A stretch of DNA of 64,000 nt from NCBI GenBank assembly GCA_963717945.1, contig CAVQXT010000007.1, forward strand, positions 236,064 through 300,063, in the 5' to 3' direction. Position 1 is the first letter of the stretch. Every line of letters starts with the position of its first letter. Positions 36,558-46,987 of the stretch are shown here, in pieces. Under the pieces are notes generated by a model that saw only the letters and a list, made by a program, of their open reading frames with translations, searched no databases and had not been told where the DNA came from. This DNA is from an uncultured Acidobacteriota bacterium (GTDB taxonomy: Bacteria; Acidobacteriota; Vicinamibacteria; Vicinamibacterales; Fen-181). The translations under genes were made by a program, and so were the position numbers.

Positions 36558-37673
36558 ATGAAGCCGATCAATCGTCGCCAATTCGTCCAGGCCGGCGCGG
36601 CCGTCGCGGCGGCGGCCGTTGCCCCCGTCCAGTCGTTCGGCCAGGCGCCCACGGTCATGACGCCGAAGAGCGCCAAGCCGATCGTCGTCTGCTCCGCCAA
36701 CGGCAATCAGTACCGAAACGGCGGCAGGCAGACCTGCATCGAGAAGGCGTTCGGGATGATCGCCTCCGGCGCGGACGTGCTCGACGCGGTGGTCGCGGGG
36801 GTGAACATCAACGAGCTCGACCCGCTCGACATGACGGTCGGCTACGGGGCCCTGCCCAACGCCGACGGCGTCCTGCAGCTCGATTCGTGCTGCATGCACG
36901 GGCCGAAGAAGCGCGCGGGCGGCGTGTCGGCGCTCGAAGGCGTGAAGACGGCGTCGCTGGTGGCCCGGGCCGTGGCCGACAAGACCGACCACCACCTGAT
37001 GACCGGGAAGGGCGCGCAGGAGTTCGCCCGTCGCCTGGGATTCGAGATCCTGCCAGACCTCAACACCGAGGCGTCGCGCAAGGCCTGGTTCGAGTGGAGA
37101 CGGCGCACCGACCCGCTGCACTACCTCGCCCCGGAGGACCGCGCGATCGAGGTCAAGAAGATCGGCCTCGCCATCATGCGCGAGCTCGGCATTTCGCCCG
37201 AGCACTACTACGGCACGATCAACTGCGACGGCCTGAGCCCGAAGGGGGAGATCTGCGGTGTCACCACGACGTCCGGCCTGGCGTGGAAGATCCCGGGGCG
37301 CGTGGGCGACTCGCCGATCCTCGGCGCCGGGCTCTACGTCGACAACGAGGTGGGCGCGGCCGGCTCGACCGGGCGCGGCGAGGCCAACCTCTACAACCTG
37401 ACGTCGTTTTTGATCGTGGAATACCTGCGCCGCGGAATGCACCCGAAGGACGCCGGCCTGGAGGCGCTCAAGCGTATCAGGGCGAACACGATCGAGAAGC
37501 GGCTGCTCAACTCGCGCGGCCTGCCCAATTTCGGGATCGACTTCTACGTCCTGAACGCCAAGGGCGAGTACGCCGGCGTCGGCATGTATCCGTCGCGCTT
37601 CTCGGTCTGCACCGAGAACGGCGCGCAGACGCTCGCCGTCGAGGCGCTGTTCGAAGGCAGGCCGGAGGACTGA
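36558..37673 (+). CDS. Tat-exported Ntn hydrolase of the asparaginase-2 family (isoaspartyl peptidase / glycosylasparaginase-like)
   Basis: The Tat signal is NRRQFVQAGAAVAAAAV. The core carries HGTINCDG-like and GAAGSTGRGE motifs. Confidence 0.8.
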   Translation: MKPINRRQFVQAGAAVAAAAVAPVQSFGQAPTVMTPKSAKPIVVCSANGNQYRNGGRQTCIEKAFGMIASGADVLDAVVAGVNINELDPLDMTVGYGALPNADGVLQLDSCCMHGPKKRAGGVSALEGVKTASLVARAVADKTDHHLMTGKGAQEFARRLGFEILPDLNTEASRKAWFEWRRRTDPLHYLAPEDRAIEVKKIGLAIMRELGISPEHYYGTINCDGLSPKGEICGVTTTSGLAWKIPGRVGDSPILGAGLYVDNEVGAAGSTGRGEANLYNLTSFLIVEYLRRGMHPKDAGLEALKRIRANTIEKRLLNSRGLPNFGIDFYVLNAKGEYAGVGMYPSRFSVCTENGAQTLAVEALFEGRPED

Positions 37674-37806
37674 GAAGACGCGCCTCACGGCTGCCGGCAC
37701 TGGAGAGCCAGGCGCGGACCGGGTCGGCGCAAAGGGCGAATGTGGCGAGGTCCGCCGAGCTGAGCCCGGCGCGACGAACCGGCCCACGACTGGCGCCTCA
37801 GCGGCC

Positions 37807-37875
37807 GGCTCACGCCTTGCGCCTGACGGCGCACCCCTCGACGTTGCTCGGGGTGACCTGAGCCCGTCGAAGGGC
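37807..37875. repeat. Composite module: heptamer array (GGCTCAC GCCTTGC GCCTGAC GGCGCAC) plus a ~41-bp near-palindromic REP family 2 hairpin
   Basis: The hairpin is CCCTCGACGTTGCTCGGGGTGACCTGAGCCCGTCGAAGGGC. Compare 39054-39149. Confidence 0.75.
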
Positions 37876-37897
37876 ACAGCTTCCGGCCCCTGCCAGT

Positions 37898-39040
37898 TCA
37901 GCGTATGACGTTGTACTTCTTCAGGATCGCAACCACCCGATCCAGGGGGATCGCCTCGGCGGTTCCCAGCTTCGATCTGACGGTCGTGGCGCGCAGCAGC
38001 GAGTTGTAGACCGCCTCCTCGGTGGCCTCGAGCGCCGCCTGGAACAGCGGCGACACCCCGTCGGGCGGCAGCACGACCCTCGCGCGAGGCTGCGACTCGC
38101 CGTGGCGCGTGCGCATCGACGGCGACGTCGTGAAGGCCACCGCGAAATCCCCGCTGCCGTTGCTGTAGGACGACCCGGTGCGGCCGAGGGCGAACACGGC
38201 GCGCGCCGCCAGCCGGCGCAGGTCGCGGGCGTCGATCGGCGCGTCGGTCGCCACCACGATCATGCACGAGCCGTCGGGCGTGGCCGGCTCGGCCTGCGCG
38301 CCGGCGTCCCCCGCCCGGGCCGGCGCAAACGCGTACTTTCCCAGCTCCTTCCCGACCGGCGCCCCGCCCATCGTCAGCACGCCGCCGAAGTTGGTCTGCA
38401 CGAGCACGCCGAGCGTGTAGCCGCCGTACCGGGGCGGCAGGACGCGCGACGAGGTGCCGATGCCGCCCTTCCACCCGTAGCACTGCGTGCCGGTCCCGGC
38501 GCCGACCGCCCCTTCCTCGACCGGTCCGGCCGCCGCGCTCCTGATGGCGCCGATCACGTCCGCGGTCGTCACGTGAAGCCTGCGGATGTCGTTCAGGCCG
38601 CCGTCGTTGGTTTCGCCGACGACGGCGTTCACCGACTGCACGCGCTCGTTGCCAGGTTGCGCCAGCGTGTAGCGGACGACCGCGTCGACGGCCGTTCCCA
38701 CCGCCAGCGTGTTGGTGAGCACGACCGGCGTCTCGATGGTGCCGAGTTCCGCGACCTGCGTGGACCCGGCGAGCTTGCCGAACGCGTTGCCCACGGACAC
38801 GGCGCCGGCCACCTTGTCCTGGAAGAGGTTGCCCTCGTGCGGCACGACGACGGTGACGCCGGTGCGGACCAGGTCGCCCTCGAGGAGCGTCTGCTGTCCC
38901 ACGCGCACGCCGCCGACGTCGGTGATGGCGTTCAGCGGGCCGGTGGGAAACACGCCGGGCGAGAGGCCGATGTCGCGGGCGCGCGGCCTCGCTCCCTCGG
39001 CTCCCATGCCGGCCGCCAGGCAGGCGGCCACCAGCGCCAT
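37898..39040 (-). CDS. P1/S58 (DmpA-like) family aminopeptidase, secreted
   Basis: ITDVGGVRVGQ..., VVPHEGN and GETNDG motifs are present. The signal-like start MALVAACLAAG is at 39040. An alternative ATG at 39154 overlaps the upstream stop (ATGA). Confidence 0.7.
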   Translation of the reverse strand: MALVAACLAAGMGAEGARPRARDIGLSPGVFPTGPLNAITDVGGVRVGQQTLLEGDLVRTGVTVVVPHEGNLFQDKVAGAVSVGNAFGKLAGSTQVAELGTIETPVVLTNTLAVGTAVDAVVRYTLAQPGNERVQSVNAVVGETNDGGLNDIRRLHVTTADVIGAIRSAAAGPVEEGAVGAGTGTQCYGWKGGIGTSSRVLPPRYGGYTLGVLVQTNFGGVLTMGGAPVGKELGKYAFAPARAGDAGAQAEPATPDGSCMIVVATDAPIDARDLRRLAARAVFALGRTGSSYSNGSGDFAVAFTTSPSMRTRHGESQPRARVVLPPDGVSPLFQAALEATEEAVYNSLLRATTVRSKLGTAEAIPLDRVVAILKKYNVIR

Positions 39041-39053
39041 GGCCGCCAGCCGT

Positions 39054-39149
39054 CCCTCGACGTGGCTCGGGACGGCCCTGAGCCTGTCGAAGAGCCGTAA
39101 GCCGTAAGGCGTGAGCCGTATGCCGTAAGCCGTGCGTCGTGAACGTGCG
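39054..39149. repeat. Second copy of the composite module (REP family 2 hairpin plus about 8 heptamers of GCCGTAA type), inverted relative to 37807-37875
   Basis: CCCTCGACGTGGCTCGGGACGGCCCTGAGCCTGTCGAAGAGC is followed by GCCGTAA GCCGTAA GGCGTGA GCCGTAT GCCGTAA GCCGTGC GTCGTGA. Confidence 0.75.
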
Positions 39150-39150
39150 G

Positions 39151-39765
39151 TCATGACGTCTTCGCCTCCAGCCTGGCGGCGATGGCTCTCACTTCCGTCT
39201 GGATCTCGTCGAGCCGCTTCATCAGGTCCTGGTGCCTCGCCTCGTGGGGCCGGGGCTTCTTCGCGACGAACGTCACGCTGCCGTTGGCCTCGAGGATGGC
39301 CTTGTCGACCTCGTTGAGGGCGGCGAAGCCCTGGCGCCGGGCCGCGGCCTCGAGTTCCCCGACGGTGATTCCCTCGGCGCGGAGGCGGTCGTCGAGGAGC
39401 CGCCCGCTCCGCATCAGCATGTCGGCGTCCCCCTCGAGGTATCGCTCCGCCCACGGGTGGGCGAACACAAAGCGGACGACGACGTAGTTGAAGACGAGAA
39501 GCGTCGTGGCGCCGACGATCCCGCCGAGCACCGAGTTGTCGGCGCCGATGATCGCGTTCTGCACCGTGTTCGAGATCGTCAGCAGCACGACCAGGTCGAA
39601 CGCGTTGAGCTGGGCCAGCTCCCGTTTGCCGGCCAGGCGCAGGCCGACGACGAGGAACAGGTAGACGAGCACGGGCCGGACGATCTTCTCGAGCAGGCTC
39701 ACGCTGGTCTGCGCGTCCGGGCCGATGTGGAACAGGTTGGTCAGGATGCTTGCGTCCACGATCAT
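39151..39765 (-). CDS. DUF421 (YetF-like) membrane protein
   Basis: LAGKRELAQLNAFDLVVLLTISNTVQNAI and a C-terminal soluble domain. The start at 39765 is chosen within ORF 39151..40176. Confidence 0.75.
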   Translation of the reverse strand: MIVDASILTNLFHIGPDAQTSVSLLEKIVRPVLVYLFLVVGLRLAGKRELAQLNAFDLVVLLTISNTVQNAIIGADNSVLGGIVGATTLLVFNYVVVRFVFAHPWAERYLEGDADMLMRSGRLLDDRLRAEGITVGELEAAARRQGFAALNEVDKAILEANGSVTFVAKKPRPHEARHQDLMKRLDEIQTEVRAIAARLEAKTS

Positions 39766-39820
39766 CCCCTTTCGAGGCGGGTGGTTCCGGCGGCTCAGTA
39801 TACGGCTACAATCGAGATAA

Positions 39821-42517
<2,697 letters not shown>

Positions 42518-42518
42518 C

Positions 42519-43499
42519 ATGCTCACGGCCGACTCGGTGAAAGCGCAGGCCCGCACCCTCGGGTTCGAACTCTGCGGCATCGCGCCGGCCGAGGCCGTGC
42601 CCGAGGCGGGGCGCATCAGGGAGTGGATCGCCCGAGGCTACGCGGGCGACATGGGCTACCTTCCGCGGACGGCGCACAGGCGCGAGGATGTCCGCCGCTA
42701 CCTGCCGTCGGCCCGCTCGGTCGTCGTCACCGGCACGCTCTACAACGCCGACCGGCCGTACTCGGTCGAGCTCGCCGACCCGGCCGAAGCCGTCGTCTCG
42801 CGCTACGCGTGGGGCGAGGATTATCACCAGGTCGTCGGACGGCGGCTGGATCAGTTGCTGGAGTGGATGCGGGCCGGGCACGGCGCACCGTTCGAGGCGA
42901 GAGCGTGCGTGGACACCGCGCCGGTGCACGAACGAGCCTACGCGCAGGCCGCCGGGATCGGCTGGACCGGCAAGAACGGGTGCCTGATCAACGACCAAAT
43001 CGGGTCCTGGATCTTCCTCGGCGAAATCGTCTGCAGCATCCCGCTCGCGCCCGACGCGCCCGCCTTGGACCAGTGCGGCACCTGCTCGCTGTGCCTGGAG
43101 GCCTGCCCGACCGGGGCACTCGTGGAGCCACGCGTGCTCGACGCCCGGCGTTGCATCTCGTACCTGACGATCGAGTCGCGGCGCGAGATTCCTGAGTCCT
43201 TTCGAGCGGAAATCGGCGCTCGCGTCTACGGGTGCGACGTCTGCCAGGACGTCTGCCCCTGGAACCAGTCGGCCCCGTCGAGCGGCGACCCGGCCTGGCA
43301 GCCGCGGGCGGGGCTGGACCATCCGCAGCTTCTCGACCTGTGTCGGCGAACCGACGCCGAGCTGGCGGAGCTCACGTGCGGGACCGCGATGACGCGCGCG
43401 TCGGTCGCCGCGCTTCGCCGGAACCTGGCGGTCGCGCTCGAGAACAGCGCCAGCCCTGAAGGGCCGGCCTACGTACGGACGCGGCGGGACCGTGTGTAG
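42519..43499 (+). CDS. queG: tRNA epoxyqueuosine(34) reductase QueG
   Basis: The N-terminus is GFELCGIAP...GYAGDMGYL. The 4Fe-4S motifs are CGTCSLCLEACP and CDVCQDVCPWN. Confidence 0.9.
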   Translation: MLTADSVKAQARTLGFELCGIAPAEAVPEAGRIREWIARGYAGDMGYLPRTAHRREDVRRYLPSARSVVVTGTLYNADRPYSVELADPAEAVVSRYAWGEDYHQVVGRRLDQLLEWMRAGHGAPFEARACVDTAPVHERAYAQAAGIGWTGKNGCLINDQIGSWIFLGEIVCSIPLAPDAPALDQCGTCSLCLEACPTGALVEPRVLDARRCISYLTIESRREIPESFRAEIGARVYGCDVCQDVCPWNQSAPSSGDPAWQPRAGLDHPQLLDLCRRTDAELAELTCGTAMTRASVAALRRNLAVALENSASPEGPAYVRTRRDRV

Positions 43500-43519
43500 G
43501 GCGGGCCTTCAGGCCTGCC
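43491..43519. repeat. REP family 1b hairpin overlapping the queG stop codon
   Basis: The sequence is CGTGTGTAGGGCGGGCCTTCAGGCCTGCC. The TAG at 43497-43499 is the queG stop. Confidence 0.85.
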
Positions 43520-43603
43520 TGTGGCCCTCGGCCCTCCGCCCAATCGCGGTAGAATACCCTCCAGTCAGCCCGCCCCCCGCCGTCATTTCCCGAAGAGGTT
43601 CCG

Positions 43604-45325
43604 ATGAAGTCATCAATCGTACTGGGATCGCTCGTCGTCCTGATCGCGGCCGCCTGCGCGTCGCCCACGACGACGACGGCGCCGGCCAAGGAGGTCGTCG
43701 TGGTGCCCGAACAGGCGAAGCTGGAGGCCGCTGCGGCGCAATACGCCCCGACCGACATCGGCGCGGACATTTCAAAGCTGCCCGCGGGCGAACAACAGGC
43801 GCTGGCGCGCCTGGTGGAGGCCGGCTGGGTCATGGACGGCCTGTTCCTGCGGCAGGTGTGGGCCGGCAACGAGGGGCTCCTGCTCGAGCTGCTGACCGAC
43901 CGGTCGCCGCTCGGCCAGGCCCGGACGCACTATTTCCTGATGAACAAGGGGCCGTGGGATCGCCTGGACCACAACGCGGCGTTCCTCGCCAGCGTGCCGC
44001 CAAAGCCCGAGGGGGCCAACTTCTATCCCGCGGGCGCGACCAAGGCGGACGTCGAAGCCTGGATGATGGCGCTGCCCGAGGCGGAACGCGCGCAGGCCGC
44101 GGGCTTCTTCACGACGATCAGGCGGCCGTTGCCGACCAAAGGCGCGAAACCGGGCTTCCAGATCGTGCCTTACAGCGTCGAGTATCAGGGCGAACTGGCC
44201 CGCGCCGCCGACCTGCTGCGGGAAGCCGCGCGCCTGACGGCGCAGCCGACGCTCAAGAAATTCCTCGAGAGCCGGGCGGACGCGTTCCTCTCGAACGACT
44301 ACTACGCGAGCGACGTGGCGTGGATGGAGCTCGATGCGAGCATCGAGCCGACGATCGGCCCGTACGAGGTCTACGAGGACGAGTGGTTCAACGCGAAGGC
44401 GGCCTTCGAGGCGTTCATCACCGTGCGCGACGACGGCGAGACGGCGAAGCTCGCGAAGCTGGGCGCCGAGCTGCAGGGGATCGAGGACAGCCTGCCGATC
44501 GACCCGGCGGTCAGGAACCCGAAGCTGGGCGGGATGGCGCCGATCCGCGTGGTCAACGTGATCCTGGCCGCGGGCGACGGGAACCGCGGCGTGCAGACCG
44601 CGGCTTACAACCTGCCGAACGACGAGCGCGTGGTGCGCGAGAAGGGCGCCAAGCGGGTCATGCTGCGCAACGTCCAGGAGGCCAAGTTCAACCTGGTGCT
44701 CCGCCCGATCGCCGCGCGCGTGCTCACGGCGGCGCAGCAGAAGAACGTCACCTTCGACGCCTTCTTCACGCACACCGTCATGCACGAGCTGATGCACGGC
44801 CTCGGGCCGCACCAGATCGCGGTGGGCGGCAAGGCCACGACCGTGCGGGCGCAACTGAAGGACACCTACAGCGCGATCGAGGAGGCGAAGGCCGACATCT
44901 CGGGCCTGTTCGCGCTACAGCGGCTGATCGACAAGGGCGTCCTTCCCAAGTCGATGGAAGAGTCGATCTACGACACTTTCCTCGCGTCGGCCTTTCGCGC
45001 GATTCGATTTGGCGTCGCCGAGGCGCACGGCCGGGGGATCGCGCTCCAGCTGAACTTCCTGATCGACTTCGGCGCGATCACGATCGGGCCGGACGGGGCC
45101 TTCGCCATCAACCCGGCGAAGATCAAGGAGGGCGTGGCGGCGCTCACCCGCGAGATCATGACGCTGCAGGCGGCCGGCGACTACGCGAAGGCGAAAGACA
45201 TGCTGACCCGGCTGGCTGTCGTCCGGCCGGAGGTGAAGAAGGTGCTCGACAAACTGACCGGGATCCCCATCGACATCGAGCCGAGATTCACGACAGCGGC
45301 CGAGCTGGTATCGAAGCAGGGCTGA
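43604..45325 (+). CDS. M49-like (dipeptidyl-peptidase III family) zinc hydrolase lipoprotein
   Basis: The lipobox is LIAAAC. The zinc motifs are HELMHGLGPH and EEAKAD. Confidence 0.65.
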   Translation: MKSSIVLGSLVVLIAAACASPTTTTAPAKEVVVVPEQAKLEAAAAQYAPTDIGADISKLPAGEQQALARLVEAGWVMDGLFLRQVWAGNEGLLLELLTDRSPLGQARTHYFLMNKGPWDRLDHNAAFLASVPPKPEGANFYPAGATKADVEAWMMALPEAERAQAAGFFTTIRRPLPTKGAKPGFQIVPYSVEYQGELARAADLLREAARLTAQPTLKKFLESRADAFLSNDYYASDVAWMELDASIEPTIGPYEVYEDEWFNAKAAFEAFITVRDDGETAKLAKLGAELQGIEDSLPIDPAVRNPKLGGMAPIRVVNVILAAGDGNRGVQTAAYNLPNDERVVREKGAKRVMLRNVQEAKFNLVLRPIAARVLTAAQQKNVTFDAFFTHTVMHELMHGLGPHQIAVGGKATTVRAQLKDTYSAIEEAKADISGLFALQRLIDKGVLPKSMEESIYDTFLASAFRAIRFGVAEAHGRGIALQLNFLIDFGAITIGPDGAFAINPAKIKEGVAALTREIMTLQAAGDYAKAKDMLTRLAVVRPEVKKVLDKLTGIPIDIEPRFTTAAELVSKQG

Positions 45326-45413
45326 AGCCCTGCTCCGACCGATGATCTTGGGCAGCTCTGTCAAAGCAGGGCTGAAGCCCTGCTCTATCTGATGATCCTT
45401 GGCAGCGCTGTCA
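45314..45413. repeat. Tandem duplication, 2 x 50 bp, each copy starting with a REP family 1a hairpin
   Basis: The hairpin is GCAGGGCTGAAGCCCTGC. The loop TGA of copy 1 is the stop codon of the M49-like gene (45323-45325). Confidence 0.9.
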
Positions 45414-45421
45414 GGACCGGA

Positions 45422-45446
45422 TGTAGGGCGGGTCTTCAGGGCCGCC
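45422..45446. repeat. REP family 1b hairpin
   Basis: The sequence is TGTAGGGCGGGTCTTCAGGGCCGCC. Confidence 0.75.
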
Positions 45447-45520
45447 GGCTCGGAATGTAACCGGGCCGCCCCCGCGTGAATCTCTTTAGAGTTCCTAGCC
45501 CCATTGGTCGCGGAGGACTC

Positions 45521-45718
45521 ATGCCGTTATTTGAATACGAATGTCGGAAGTGCCATCACCAGTTCGAGGCGCTGGTCATCGGCTCGCGCACGCCGGCGTG
45601 CCCGAGGTGCGAGAGCCAGGATCTCGAGAAGCGCGTGTCCCCGGTAGGGCTGGCGGGCGTAGGCGGCTGGTCGTCGAACCGGCCGTCCGGCGGCTGCCGC
45701 CCGAAGGGCGGTGGTTGA
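45521..45718 (+). CDS. FmdB-family zinc ribbon protein
   Basis: MPLFEYECRKCHHQFE...CPRCES. The GGAGGA RBS is at 45513-45518. Confidence 0.8.
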   Translation: MPLFEYECRKCHHQFEALVIGSRTPACPRCESQDLEKRVSPVGLAGVGGWSSNRPSGGCRPKGGG

Positions 45719-45723
45719 GGTTT

Positions 45724-46410
45724 CTAGCCGCGGGCCGGTCGGCCCGCTTCCCGTTTCTCCGTCAGTCGCTGCTCGATCCACCGGGTCCAGGCCCCCAGAC
45801 CCGGCTCCGCCACACAGCTAGTTTCCAGCACTTCGATCGCCGGGTTCACGCGACGCGCGTCGGCGATCGCCGCGTCGCGGTCGAAGCGGGTGTACGGGAG
45901 CAGGTCGATCTTGTGGAGCAGCATCAGGCGTGCCCGCCTGAAGATCCCCGGGTACTTCAGCGGCTTGTCGTCGCCTTCGGCGACGCTCAGCACCACGACC
46001 TTCGCATCCTCGCCCAGGTCGTACGACGCCGGGCACACCAGGTTGCCCACGTTTTCCACGAACAGGACGTCGAGGTCGCCGGGCGGCAGGAGCCCCATCG
46101 CGCGCCGCACCATGCTGGCGTCGAGGTGGCAGGTGCCGCCGGTGGTGATCTGCAGGGCGGGGAAGCCGTAGCGCTTCAGCCGGTCCGCGTCGCGTTCGGT
46201 CTGGATGTCGCCGGTGAGGACCGCCGCGCGCAGAGCCGTTCGCCTCAGCGCCTCGAGCGTGCCTTCGAGGATGCTGGTCTTGCCGGCCCCCGGCGAGGAG
46301 ATCAGGTTGAGGCAGAGCGTCCCGCGCCCGGCCAGCGCCCCGCGGAGCTCGCCGGCGATCCGGTCGTTCTCCTTCAAGACGTTCTCTCGGACTTCCACTC
46401 GTTCGGCCAC
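45724..46410 (-). CDS. hypB: Hydrogenase/urease nickel incorporation GTPase HypB
   Basis: The P-loop is SSPGAGKTS. Also ENVGNLVCP and the LLHKIDL G4 motif. Confidence 0.9.
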   Translation of the reverse strand: MAERVEVRENVLKENDRIAGELRGALAGRGTLCLNLISSPGAGKTSILEGTLEALRRTALRAAVLTGDIQTERDADRLKRYGFPALQITTGGTCHLDASMVRRAMGLLPPGDLDVLFVENVGNLVCPASYDLGEDAKVVVLSVAEGDDKPLKYPGIFRRARLMLLHKIDLLPYTRFDRDAAIADARRVNPAIEVLETSCVAEPGLGAWTRWIEQRLTEKREAGRPARG

Positions 46411-46413
46411 GGC

Positions 46414-46755
46414 TTACTCCAACTCCAGGAACGACATCCCGAGTTCGTCGCCCGCCACCATCGACGCGCCGGTCGCGCCGCACGCGGGGCAGTCGGCCAG
46501 GAACTCGACGGGATGGAACGCGTGCCCGCACGCCGCGCAGAGGTAGCGGACCGGCACCGGCTCCAACTCGAGCGCGGCCCCGGCGAGATCGGTGTTCCTG
46601 ACGGTCATCTCGAAGCAGAATTGCAGCGCGTCAACGGACACGCCCGAGATCTCGCCGACGCGCACGCCAATCCTGAGCACGCGGCGGTCGCCATTCTGCG
46701 ACGCGTGCTCGCGCGCGGCGTCGGCAATCGACTGCGCGATCGACAGCTCGTGCAT
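46414..46755 (-). CDS. hypA: Nickel insertion protein HypA
   Basis: The N-terminus is MHELSIA and the zinc motifs are CxxC...CxxC (CAACG, CPACG). 113 aa. Confidence 0.9.
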   Translation of the reverse strand: MHELSIAQSIADAAREHASQNGDRRVLRIGVRVGEISGVSVDALQFCFEMTVRNTDLAGAALELEPVPVRYLCAACGHAFHPVEFLADCPACGATGASMVAGDELGMSFLELE

Positions 46756-46987
46756 GGGACGACTGGACGGTTGCCGGCTTCGGGCTCCAGGCTCTGGCCT
46801 TCAGGCGGTGCCACAGCAGCGCACCGCACCAATTGGTTTCGCCCAACGCGAGCCTCCACCCGTCATCTTATACCGTCAGAGATGCTGCCGTAGTATGACG
46901 GCGCGACACCGCCTGAAGCCGGAAGCCCGGAGCCCAAAGCCATCAGCGCGTTGACACTCCCTGACCCCGGTGGTACAAGCCTGACCG

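Noticed and set aside
37807-39149. The repeat-bracketed peptidase gene as a bona fide transposon
   Set aside because: There is no transposase or integrase, and no clear target-site duplication could be identified by eye. It is kept only as a hypothesis in the findings.
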